Below, piece by piece: positions 22,722 to 34,300 of a stretch of 64,000 nt of DNA. Each line of letters starts with the position of its first letter. Positions within the stretch are counted from its first letter, which is position 1. The notes beneath the pieces are model-generated. The model saw nothing but the letters and a program-made list of their open reading frames with translations, did no database searches and was not told where the DNA came from. The position numbers and the translations under genes are program-made. Origin of the DNA: Zygnema circumcarinatum SAG 698-1b (taxonomy: Eukaryota > Plantae > Zygnematophyceae); assembly GCA_037447605.1 (NCBI GenBank), contig CM074805.1:5101044-5165043 (forward strand), in the 5' to 3' direction.

Positions 22722-23188
22722 GACCCCTCCCCGGCGCTTGTGACGGTCGCCGGTCCCTTGCCAGGCTCGCCCTCGCTCTCCTCTCTCCGTGGATCAGAGC
22801 GCAGCGCAGGAAGCGCCAACCCTCCGCGCCCTCCCTCCGCGCCCTCTCTCCCCGCCCTAAACCGTACGAAACCCGTACGGAAGGCGAAACGGTCGTCTCC
22901 AACCTGCGTTTGACTTCCTCCGATACAGTACGTATAGGCCGTACAGACCGTACAGACCGTACGCACAGGCGCGGGCGGCCGCCGGCCGGGCGCGCCAACG
23001 GGGCGGCCCTCCCTCCGCTGTCCGGACTCCGGAGTCCAGCCAGAACGCGCTGTCGTGTGCTAGAATTCCAATCAAAACTTCTAACACTCAGGCCCCTCTA
23101 TAAAACACTTTTAGAATGTCCGGACAGGTGTACGGCTGTACGTTCGTACGAATGAACTGTACGGAAATGTCTAGGGCCATTGAGGTGG

Positions 23189-23328
23189 GGGGAAATGATA
23201 CAGCCGCCCCACTTTTTGGATATCCGCGCCCCTTTCGAAAGATCCAAGTGATTAGCCAACATGAAAGTACAAATTTTCCCGAAAGGGGCGCGGATATCCA
23301 AAAAGTGGGGCGGCTGTATCATTTTCCC
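23189..23328. mobile_element. ~140-bp MITE-like element with ~47-bp inverted repeats
   Basis: GGAAATGATACAGCCGCCCCACTTTTTGGATATCCGCGCCCCTTTCG (23191-23237) matches the reverse complement of 23280-23327 with one indel. No TSD found. Confidence 0.75.
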
Positions 23329-23538
23329 TAGTATAAGGAACTCGGGAATTTCGTAAGCCATGGTCAAGGTCTGACTCTCGTATTAGGAAGTTCTAATTCT
23401 GAAATCTAAAACTCTAAAAGTCACTTGTACGGACAAATGTACAGTACATCCCTAGTCCAGAGAGTCCAGAGTACAGTACAGCCCTTCTACGGTAGAGCAG
23501 AGGGAGGGGCTGGGGGGTGGGAGGCGCGGGGGCTGGAA

Positions 23539-23571
23539 TTAGGGTTAGGGTTAGGGCTAGGTTTAGGGCTA
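23539..23571 (+). promoter_or_regulatory. Telo-box-like TTAGGG cluster ~30-60 bp upstream of the XCT start codon
   Basis: TTAGGGTTAGGGTTAGGGCTAGGTTTAGGGCT. Telo-boxes are established promoter/5'UTR elements in plants; function here is inferred. Confidence 0.55.
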
Positions 23572-23598
23572 CCACAGGCAAGGCTCGCGGAGGGCGCC

Positions 23599-26500
23599 AT
23601 GGCGGGGCTGGGCGACGGCTACGTGGGGTCGGCGCAGGACTCGCTGCGCATCCGGCGGCTGGAGAAGCAGCGCGAGACAGACCGCAAGCGCACGGAGGAC
23701 CTGAAGCGCAAGATGATGGGCGGCCAGGCGGGGCTGCTGCAGTTCGGCTCCGGCACCTCCGAGGTGCGACCTCACTGCTCCCTGCCTGTGGCCTCCCGCC
23801 CGCCGGCCTGCCCGCTGCGGCCGCCCAACGTGGGGCTCGGCGCAGGAGGGGGGTACAGGTGCTGGAGAGCGCCTTCAAGAAGGAGACGGTGGGCCTCGTC
23901 ACACGCGAACAGTTCGTTGAAAAAGTAAGCGCCCTTCTCGTACCTTGTCTGCAGCGGCTCTTCCGGATAAGCGGTAGAATTTCCTCGTTCCTACTCTGAT
24001 TCTGTACCAGAAGCGGCAATTTGGGCATCGTTTGGAAGGAGGATGCCTCGCACAAATTGGCTAGTTGCTCACGATTTAGGCGTGGGAAACAAAAGCGGTT
24101 CTAACAGATCATGTCTTTGTGCAGAGAGCAACAATTCGGAGCAAGATGGAGGAGGAGGAAAAAGAAAAAATTCTCAAGCAACAGCAAGAGTGAGCCCGAA
24201 AATTCTTGTTGTTCTCTGCCTTTGCCCTTTACCTTTCCCCTCGTTGTTCTATGTTATTCGCAAGCCAAGGACACTGTTGTCAATTGGTTGCTCCAAATAG
24301 ACGCCAACTGAAGGGGTCATGTCGCCAAGGATGATCCTAGCTTCAAAGCTAGCCGATTCGGCAGCCACAGAAGACACCTAACTGCGCTTCGTGTCTGGTG
24401 TGTTGGTCTCCGTTCCAAGCATTTCAACTGTTTGCAAAATCGCGGCTGAGATTTGAATGCACATGCAGGGAGGACGAACGGCAGGTTCAAAAACGCCACA
24501 AGCGGCGGGCAGCGGCAGTTGGAGCACGCTTGTCATTTGCTGAAGACTTGGAAGAGGAGGAAGACGCTGCTGAGGATTCGAGTATGGGGTCGTTTGTTAC
24601 TAGTGTGTATGTTCATATTGCTGCTAAAAATGCACATGATCGCTACAGTTGGTAAAAGGAATGTATGTGGGTGGGTGTAGCTATTCTGACTCTTTGTCCG
24701 GCACTACCGTGTTTGTCACCTTGCGACAATGGAGCTGCGAAGGATGTGCCCAGAGTTTCTGACGAGGCCAAGGTCACGGTGGGCAGCGGTTGAAGCAGGC
24801 GATAAGTTGGAATTGAAGAAAAAGGCTTCGAAGTTGGGGAAGGATCCGACAGTTGAAACTGGCTTTCTTCCTGACAGGTTTATCCTCCCCGCCGGTCTGA
24901 CGTGTGCGTTGCGGAGTTTAAAGTAACCTTTCTAGCGGCATGTCCACCGGATGTTGGCCCGTGCAGCGTCGACTGCTGGGAGCAGTTGGCTGCACTCGCA
25001 GCAGGTCTTGAAGGTCCCGTCGAGGCTGTCGAGTGCAGCGCCTTGTTTTCGGGTGAGCTGTTTCGCGTGTTTCGACTCTGACTCTGTGGAAAGTGTATCT
25101 TTTTCCCTTATGCAAGTACAGGGAACGAGAAGCAGAAGAGCAGGCGGAAAGGGAACGCTTAGCGAAAGAATGGAAATTACAGCAAGAGCGCATCAAGAGT
25201 ACGGCCTTTCTACTTCCGGTTGAGCTGTAACTGCTGGCGCAGTCTGGGAGTTTGTCGGTAGTTTAGAAATGCGGACCGGGCTAACTGTCACAGAAAGTGG
25301 ACGACGTGGAATGCCCGGCAGACGAACCGCTGGAGATCACGTACAGCTATTGGGACGGCGCCGGGCACCGCCGCGTGATTCAGGTCGCCCTCTCAGCGCT
25401 CCCTTTGTTCCCTCTTCCCCCCCCCCCACACACACAGTCTCTTTCTCTCTATCACTGTCTTTTCAGATTTAGCCGAATCACTGCACTGTTTGATGTGGTG
25501 ATCTTACAGTTTGCAAGCTTTGCGTTTTTTGTGCCGTACTTTATTTCCGAGCAGATTTGTTTGGTCTCGTCTTAGTAAACAAAGCAGAAATGGCTTTCTG
25601 ATGCAGGTTCGAAAGGGAGACTCAATCGGAGAATTTTTGCGAGCAGTGCAGCAGCAGTTGGCCAGTGAATTTCGGGAGGTCCGAACATCGTCAGTTGAAA
25701 ACTTGCTTTACATCAAGGAAGACCTCATCATTCCACACGTAAGCCAGCCCGCCCTCCTCTGTGCCTGCTCCCCCTGAAACTGGCGCCGCGCTCCGTGCCA
25801 TGTCACGAGTCGCGGTGTCAGGAGTCACTCCCGGCTGCCACCTGGCGGTAGCCGGAGGACCGGACTCGTTGGGCAGCTCAAGGCAGGGCTGCTGAAGGGG
25901 TTGGCGATGAGCTTTTTGGCAGAGCAGCAGTACACCTTTTACGAGCTCATCATCAACCGCGCGAGAGGGAAGAGTGGACCGGTACGTGGCCTGAGCACGA
26001 GCCGATCGTGGATGAGAGTTTTTATTCATGAGAGTGGCCTGCGTGTGCTGTTCGTACTGAAGTGTTCATGAACCACTTACTATGAAAGTCCACGTGTTAC
26101 ACAAGCCTTTTGGCACTAAGCGAACGTGTACGTATGCGTATCTGTATGTCTACATGTCTACCATTTGTGTGCGGATGTGTATGTGTACGTTGATGTACAC
26201 TTGCATGGTATTTGTATGTATGTGTGTTCATCGGGAGTTGCGTATGTATGCTTGTCTGGTCGCCACTGCTTTTTCTGATTGGAGGCGAGTTTGCTTGGCG
26301 CGGCCTCCGCAGCTTTTCCACTTCGACGTGCACGAGGACGTGCGCACCATCGCGGATGCGACCGTCGAGAAGGACGAGGTGCGTGCGCGGACCCCCCCCC
26401 TCTGCGGGCGGCCTCGGCGGGGCGCGGCTGCACGCCGCTCAGCGCTCTGGAGGGGGCTTGGGGCGGCCAGTCGCACGCAGGCAAGGTGGTAGAACGCCAC

Positions 26501-27087
26501 TGGTACGACAAAAATAAGCACATCTTTCCAGCTTCGCGATGGGAGGTAATGCATGACCGTCTCTCTCTTTGTCTTGTGTCGTTTTGTGTTAGGGCTTCTT
26601 TGGGTTGCGGGAAAAAGTGCTTACAAGTTACTTGAGCATAGTCGATGATCGTAAAACAAGCGAGCCATTTTGATCATGTGTCTGCGGACATTTCTTGCTT
26701 GCAAAATCCGTCTATTCTTCCGTTTTTTAACACGAAGCTTCAAACTTCTCCTGTGATTCCAAAAAGATTGCGATAAAACATTAATAGAATGGATATGGGA
26801 TAAGAAGCGTCAGACTTTAGAGCTCTCAGTAAATGAACAATCCTTGGAGCTAAACAACTGAACAACGCTGGGCCATAGTCGTCAGTCTTTTGGGATGTCG
26901 ACAGTTTTCTTTTGTTTTTGCTGATGACGGGGTCTATAAGTGATAGTAGGGTCAGCAGAGAGAGATTGCTCGCTGCCCTTTTCACAAAAGTAGAACCGTT
27001 GTCGCTGATTCAAATGAAGCTGGATGAAACTCGCAGATCTATGACCCGACAAAGAAGTGGGAGAGATACACTATTCACGGAGAGTAG
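23599..27087 (+). CDS. XCT: XAP5 circadian timekeeper / FAM50 family protein, multi-exon
   Basis: [142 protein letters not shown]. Confidence 0.95.
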
Positions 27088-27832
27088 CTGGCGGCTTTAC
27101 GGCCGGGCGAGCAGGCTCCGGCTACCCAAAGTTTCGTGTCCTTTGCCCATCGGCGGGACGTTCTGTGGCCTTGGCGATGTCCTCCGCCCCTTCCTGTGCA
27201 CCCCTTGCCAAGGTTACGTCTCACAAGGTCTTCCATGTCGGTTTTCTCGAATAAAGGGCCTACTCTATGCACGTTGGCTGAAGTTTTGTGCATTTTTTGG
27301 CCTTCCCACCGAGGAAACTTCTCTGGCTTCTCAGGGAGCCAGCGTTGCATCCCTGCTCACAGCCCCGGTTGTGCTTTAAGGACGAGGGACGAGCTGCAGG
27401 AAGTGCTGACTTTCTCGCGGCTCGGCAAACAGATTGAAGCGGAGTGCCCTTCTGACATGATGTGACATGAAGTGCCTACCCCTTCAAACAAGGCCTGTCC
27501 GTGAGGGCGGTGTTGGCTTTTGCATCATGGCGGCCGACACTCAATCACTTGCTGTCATTGCCGTCAGCATGATCCGAAGTGCGCAAAGTGACTCTTCGGA
27601 AGTGGTGAGGCCGCTTCTTACAGACAATTTACCCTGTCTTTTCCGTTGATGGGGCAGCTTGCCGATGGGTGACCTCCCCCAATTGCACATTCGGCCGCTG
27701 GCAGGGCAGTGTCTTGCGTCGACACAGAATGATATAACCACTGGAAGAAGTGAACGATCAGTTTGTGACCATTCAATCCTGTCGCATTATGACGAGTTCA
27801 ATAGTATGTCACTTTAGCTTGTCTAATAAAGA

Positions 27833-27866
27833 CAGGTTTTTAGGGTTTTTAGGGTTTTTAGGGTTT
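27833..27866 (+). repeat. Interstitial telomere-like repeat (TTTTTAGGG)x3
   Basis: GGTTTTTAGGGTTTTTAGGGTTTTTAGGGTTTTT read directly. Confidence 0.85.
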
Positions 27867-28217
27867 TTTTGCAAAATACTGCCAAATATGCTCTGTTGGG
27901 CAACGCAGACCTGCCCTTACTCGCCTTCTAAACAACCCGCGCTGCCATTGGGGGTGCAGTCGATGGCGTGTGCATAACAAGTCCACCGGCCGCGCCAATG
28001 GGCACAGAAACATGAAACAGCCACTCATTATCCGCTCAAGGTCTTCACAATATCGGTTTGCTATTGTGGGCGACCTTCCCCCATCACGTCTGCACGACCC
28101 TTCTTGAACTGACCAAACATGTATTGGGGATGTATAACTGAGACTGATCATGGAAAAGGACTGACCACTAACAAAATTCGAAACAACGAGGAAAATGCAA
28201 TCCATGACTATGACTTG

Positions 28218-30845
28218 CTACGCATTCCTTTTCTGCAACATTGGAGGGACCATCCAATCGAGGGCTTCCAGGCTGCGGAGCCAGCGGAATACTCCCTCCT
28301 TCAAGCTCTCTCCGTCTGCCATCCCCTCCCCACCCTCTCAGTTCAGAACAGCGACTACCATCCAGAGACGCCCTGGTGAGCCGAGGTGAAAGGAGGTCTC
28401 GTGCTATAGCACGGCCCTTGAAGGCCTCCTACGAGTCTATTCATCCTCGGCTCACATGGCATGTCCTAATGGGGCGGGGGGGGGCGCGGGGGGGGGGATG
28501 GGGGGTCGTTCCATCTCGGCCCACTCAGGTTCCAGGCCCATCTCACCTCTCAAATTAGTTCTCACTTCAAGCAGCTCCTCAAGAAGACCTTCGCACGACT
28601 CCCTTATGTCCACGTATGCTCGACGGAGATTCTCCTGCGAGACTTGCAGCAGCATGGTACTAAAGCATTGAAGATCCGATTCCCCGGTAAGCTGCTACAT
28701 GTGATACTCTTACAAAGAAACAAACTCAAATCCTGCGCGCTTCTAAAGGCAGTAATGGTCACCTTGACATCCGCTTACAGGGGCTTACCAGTTCCTCGGG
28801 GCTTCCCATGTTTCCATAGAGGGGGTCATCGATATCCTCAACCTGGACAGTACGCGCTGCACTAATAGTCAATCATCCATGGTTTGAGCCAAGGTTGGAG
28901 GCAATAGGGGGAGGCGAATTGCATGTTGCGCAATCCATTGAGGATTCATTTTGTTTAAAGAGGTGCTCTACTCACTTGTCGAGTCTTGCAAAAATCGCCA
29001 AGACGGCGGACCTTCGCTGAGAAATTTGCTTGCGGATTGATAGTGTCGAAAACACTTACTTCCTTCAGCACATCAGCCGCAACAAACTGCACAGAAGAGG
29101 CCTACAAACCACTTGTGAGAGTTACAGACGATTAAAGAAATAAGAACCAGCTGCACATAATTCCAGACTCTCCATTTCCCAGCATAGCTGCACAGCTTGT
29201 GCTATGTTTGATGACTACCAAGAAGTCAGAAAGGGAGCCTGCGGCCAAGCAACTCTTTCAAATTTCCTCGAGACACGGCCACTATTGTTCAAACTGGACG
29301 CAAAATGGCAGACTAGCAGCTTCCGTTTTACCGAAGCTAGAGGTCCTCAGCCCGTCCATTTAGCCGTTCACCACTATGAAATTAAAACAGTCCACGCGCA
29401 GAAAAGAACTCCTTGGACTGATCGATTACTCAATTGCAGTAAGCAATCTTCAATTTTGCTTTGAGCATTGAAGGCTGGCAATGGATTTCTGCTATTCCTA
29501 AAGCGCCTAGCCATTACCTTATCCACCACAGCAGCAATGTCGTAGTTGACGATGTCGACTGCTGGCTTGAACATTGCTGCCGTTCTGCCGGGCGGCAGTT
29601 GCACTTGAAACTCTTCCGCAACCTTTACCGCTCGTTCGTCGGGTCCTTCTCCCACGTTGTAGTCTCGAGTCGCCTGCAAATCATCCATTAAACCAACGCA
29701 AACCCAAGGACTTTACTCCATCCTGTTGGTTAAAAATAGTAAGATATCTGCCTGCTAATTAGTTGGCATCTACAGATCCTTCCGAACAATGTAGTTCTGT
29801 AGTCAGAATTACAAATATTTCCCTTGAAGACCAAGACTCTCGCTTCGAAGATAACCCATTAATCAATAAGAACCCAAAAACTCGAAAAACTGAGACCTAT
29901 AAACAGCCATACCCTCGAAGCGCAGACGAATTGTTCATCTAATCCCTTCTCCGCCAGAAGAGCGGCGAACACCGCCTCTGCGTAAACGGAGCGGCACACG
30001 TTGCCCTCGCTGAGGAAGAGCACCTTCACGCGGGGCCCCTCCGACTCCTGCCCTGCGTCATCTCCCGAGTCCAAATCTCCACCGGAGATCAACAGAAATC
30101 GGGCACCCGCCTTGAGAAAATGGACATTGGCAACGGACCTGATAAAGACTGTTTTCTGCTGCCTTCAACGAACAGAAACTTTCCTCCCAATCTCTGATGT
30201 CCACAAAACATCGAGAAAAAGTAACAACAAATGAAATCTCTTGCACTGTCTCATTCTCGTAGGGAACGCAAACGCCAGAAAAAGGGGAGGGCAAGGCATG
30301 GGAACTCTCGCTGGCCTTTCAGTGAGCTAAAGGTTGGCAAGAATAGTGAACGCCAGCCTATCCACATCTCTGCCTCTCTCTGCCTCTCCTTGGGTCGCCC
30401 AACAACACCCTGAAGATGGCGCACGATAAAACAAGGATTGGCTGCGACAAGGAAAGGCTGCACATGGGCTCGCAGCCCCCCGGCGTGGCTGCAGGCAGCC
30501 AGGGGCGCAGCAGGGGACGCGCCGGACCTGCGTAGACAGCGGCGCGGAGCGGAACACGGGCGTCACGCACGAACTGCTCACGTCGAACTTGCGCCCCTCC
30601 TTCGCCTCCGCCTCCGCCTCCACTCCTTCCGCGGACAGAGCGGCCACCGCCTTCGGCCTCGCCCTGGGCTCCCACCCCAGCGCGCCCGCCGCCCGGCCTG
30701 CCCGCGCCTCGCCCCTCCAGCAGCACCCCGCCCGCCACCCGCAGAGCGTCGTCGCGGGCGCGCCCCTCGCCTCGCGCGTCTCCCCTCGCAGGCGCGGGGG
30801 GCGGAGGGCCGCACGGCCGGCAGAGCACGCGAGCGCCATGGCCAT
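28218..30845 (-). CDS. Low-molecular-weight protein tyrosine phosphatase-like protein with a probable plastid transit peptide; catalytic Cys replaced by Ser
   Basis: VKVLFLSEGNVCRSVYAEAVF (P-loop; canonical is VLFVCLGNICRS), ATRDYNVGEGPDER, general-acid loop EDIDDPLYG (~28810-28840), last exon ESLKEGVFRWLRSLEALDWMVPPMLQKRNA* (stop 28218-28220), Ala/Arg-rich N-terminus from MAMAL at 30845. Internal exon boundaries are approximate. Confidence 0.8.
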
Positions 30846-31324
30846 GGCCGGGGGGGGGCAAGTGGGGGAGGAGGAGCGCTGCTTCCAGGAAGGGTTTTGA
30901 AGCATGCCTCCCTTGCCTTTCTTTTAAATGAAAAAGTACAAAAAAAGATTCCCTTAATTCCTTTGAACGAAACTCAAAATTATCCCTTTTGAGTTTAAAA
31001 CGGGTTGTATGAGACAGCTCCCTTCTTTGCCGCTGCCGGCGGTACAAGATGTTTCGCAGCCGTACGGTTCGTACGTTCCGCGCGGTGACCTTATCTGCGG
31101 CCGCCCCACACAAGCGGGCCCGCCACGTGGCTGAAGCTGAAGGGCGAGACCGCGCGCCTCTAGTGCCACGTGGCATCGCCACGTGGCGGGCCGGGCTGGT
31201 CACCACTCGTCCCGCGCCCCCGCACGTGCGAGGTTAGGGTTGGCGGGGCGGAACGGGCCGCGAGGGGCGCAGGCAGCGGGAGGAAGGGAGGGAGGGAGAG
31301 CTGAGGAGAGGAGAGGAGGCGGAC

Positions 31325-34300
31325 ATGGACGCCGCGAGGGCTGTGCGGGACGCCATGGCCTCGGCTTGCTGCGCCGCGGGCCCAGGGGGGCCCACCACAT
31401 TCCTCGGTGCGCGCTGGCGGCCTGCGGGAGCCCCCCTCCGCCTGCGCGTGGACGCCGGCCAGAGCGCACGCAGCTCAAGGGAGCGCCGCAGTCGCCTCTT
31501 CGTGCACGCCCGCGCAGGCGCTGGCGAGGGAGGAGCAGGAGCAGGGGAAGGAGGAACAGGAGGAGCGGAGCTGGCAAGCAAGCAGGCCATGCTGATGGCG
31601 CAGAACAAGAAGCTGCTGGAAATGCAGCGTGAGCTTCTCGACCAGGTGGAGCCATGACTTCGGTCCCCTGCTTGGTGTCATTTTCTTTTGAATGCTACTT
31701 CGGACATGTTTTTTCTGATGATCGGACCTGGCAGGAATCTACTGTGCTGTACAACTCGTTGATTGACTCATTGATTTCTCTCTCTTGCCGTTTCATTCTT
31801 GCCCCTCGTACTTCGTGCAGATTGAAGAGAGGAAAAAGCTCCACGCTGCGCTGCTGCAGCCCAGCGACGATCCTCTACGGAACCGCCTCTTCAGGGAGGA
31901 CGTGCAGGACTCGCAGGCTCCTCCTTCCCGCCGTTCACCCTCCTCCGCTGTGCCCACGCCGGCCAACGGGGGCGCGTCGAAACCCCCCTTCTTGGGCCTC
32001 CCCCCAAATCCCAACAGTCGCGGCACTCCTCAAAGTTCGCCCTCGCGCACCCTTCCAACCTCTCCGCCAAAGGCAATGCCAGTCACAACTGCTGCGCCGC
32101 CAGCTGTCTCGAAGGCCTCTTCCGTCTCTGATGAAAGACGCCCGTTGTTTTCTTCTGTAGTAAAACCCGCAGCTCCAGCCGCACTCCCTCACACTTCTCC
32201 TCGCCCAGCTAACCCGACGAAACCTGCGCTCGATTCAAAACCTGCTCCTGTCAGTGCAGCTCAGAAGATTGGGTCAGGAGGTCAGACTACGGAAGTAGAA
32301 CTAGAGACAGAGAGTTCTCCTCCTCCTGAGGAAGAGAAGCCCCCGCCACTTGCGGGCCCCAATGTGATGAACGTGGTTCTCGTGGCGTCGGAGTGTGCTC
32401 CATGGTCCAAGACAGGTGACTCTTCCTGCATTGCCGCCTTCCCCTTCCCCCACGGTCGTCTGTGCACGTTTTCAGTTTCTTTGAACTTTCATCGGCGTCG
32501 CAGACGTGAGCAGATGTCCAGAAAAGGAGTTTCCTCGTTCCAAAAGTTGGGGCAGTGAGCGGTAGCTGCGGCCTGGTCCGACCTGTCTCCGCCTCTCTGG
32601 CATGCAGGCGGCCTGGGCGACGTGGTGGGCGCCCTTCCCAAGGCGTTGGCACGGCGGGGCCACCGCGTCATGGTGAGGCCGCGCCCTGCGCCCGCGCGGC
32701 AGGGCGGGGCGCTCCGACCGGTTTCCACAGGGCGGGCTGCTTTCTGGGCGGCGGCATGCAGGTGGTGGCTCCGCGCTACAGCAACTACGAGGAGGCGTGG
32801 GACACTACAGTTCGAAAACTCTTCAACGTTGCAGGACAGGTGCGTTCATTCACTTGTCCCTTTGCGCCATTGTGAAGGCGACGGACTTGGACGCTGAGAG
32901 CATAACTCTCCTGCTTAGTACTCCCTGTTGACTTTGTAGGGAAGTTAGAGTTTGTTTGGAGAGGCTGACTTGTCCAGCAACCCGCTGCTTTCGGATCTCT
33001 ATTCAGCTCTCCGTTCTATTGTCACTCTTCCAAAACTTCCCATAGTATCATTTTCCTTTTCACGTGTTCTAGTGTCTAATAAGCAATGGGACCGACAGGA
33101 TATGGAGATTGGCTACTTCCACGGATACATCGATGGTGTGGATTTTGTATTTATAGACAGCTCCGTCTACCATCACACGGCAGGCAACATCTATGGCGGC
33201 TCTCGAGAGGTCGGTAGATTTCCCATTTGACTTTAAAGTTCTGTCATCGGGAGGCAGAGTAACTTTTTTTGTAGCTTAGCGGCTGATAAATGCTTACTGC
33301 AAAATATTGAACCTAGGGCAACTCTCTCAACTAGGAGGAACTCAGAAAGGCACGTTTTGGCGGTTCTATCTTCGGGGAGCAGGAGGTGCAGTTCAGAATG
33401 ATTTTGCTCTGCAAGGCGGCCATTGAGGTGAGTTGTTTTCTATTGAGTCACTTGCCAATTTATGACCCCGGGCATGCAGTAAATACAATGCACATGCATT
33501 GGGAGACAAGCTGCCATTCTTTCACAACGATATCCCATCCACCTCTCCCTCCTCTTCACAAAACTTCACGGTAGATTCCGCCATTTCTCGCCGTTAGCTT
33601 ATGTGAACACAACTGAACGCGGCGAGGACTATACACGGGTTAGCGCTGTAGTTTATAGACTTCCATTTCTAGTGCCGAGTCAGCACACTTAATCTTTCTT
33701 TCCATTTCCGTGGTAGTCCCACGAGGAACTTGTAAGTTGGAAATGTCGCAGTCATTGTCAATTGAAAACTAGATGGAAGTATCGTAAGCCCTCCTGAATG
33801 TGAAACATCCATAGGCAGTATTTATTTTTTTCTTCTCCTTTCTAATTTTCTTTCTCCTCGACCCTTATTACAGTACAACTGTATTCACATTCCAGAGTAG
33901 AATGCCACGTCTTGATGCGGTCCAAGTTATGAATGCTGCATTCAGACGAAAAAAGGAAAGAGGCGTGGCATTGATCTCACGATGTGTTGCTATCAAATGT
34001 TCATGGAAAAAATCATCATGGGGAACCACGAGGAACCGGTCAGACAGGACCTAAGGACAAAAGAAAAAAGCTACAAAAGCTTTTAATGAGCTGGTCGCTA
34101 GCTGGATGATTCGTTTAAAGACTGACGAACGTATTTGACAAAAGGTTACCTTCAAAACGCTCAGATGGCGAGCTAAGAGTAGCTTCTGCTCTCATCTAGA
34201 AATTTACACATCCAGTTAATTTATTGTTGCCGCATTTAGTAGGTCGCTAATTCAAGAAAGAGAGTGAAGAAGCGTTGCATTTGCTGATATTTAGGCTAAG

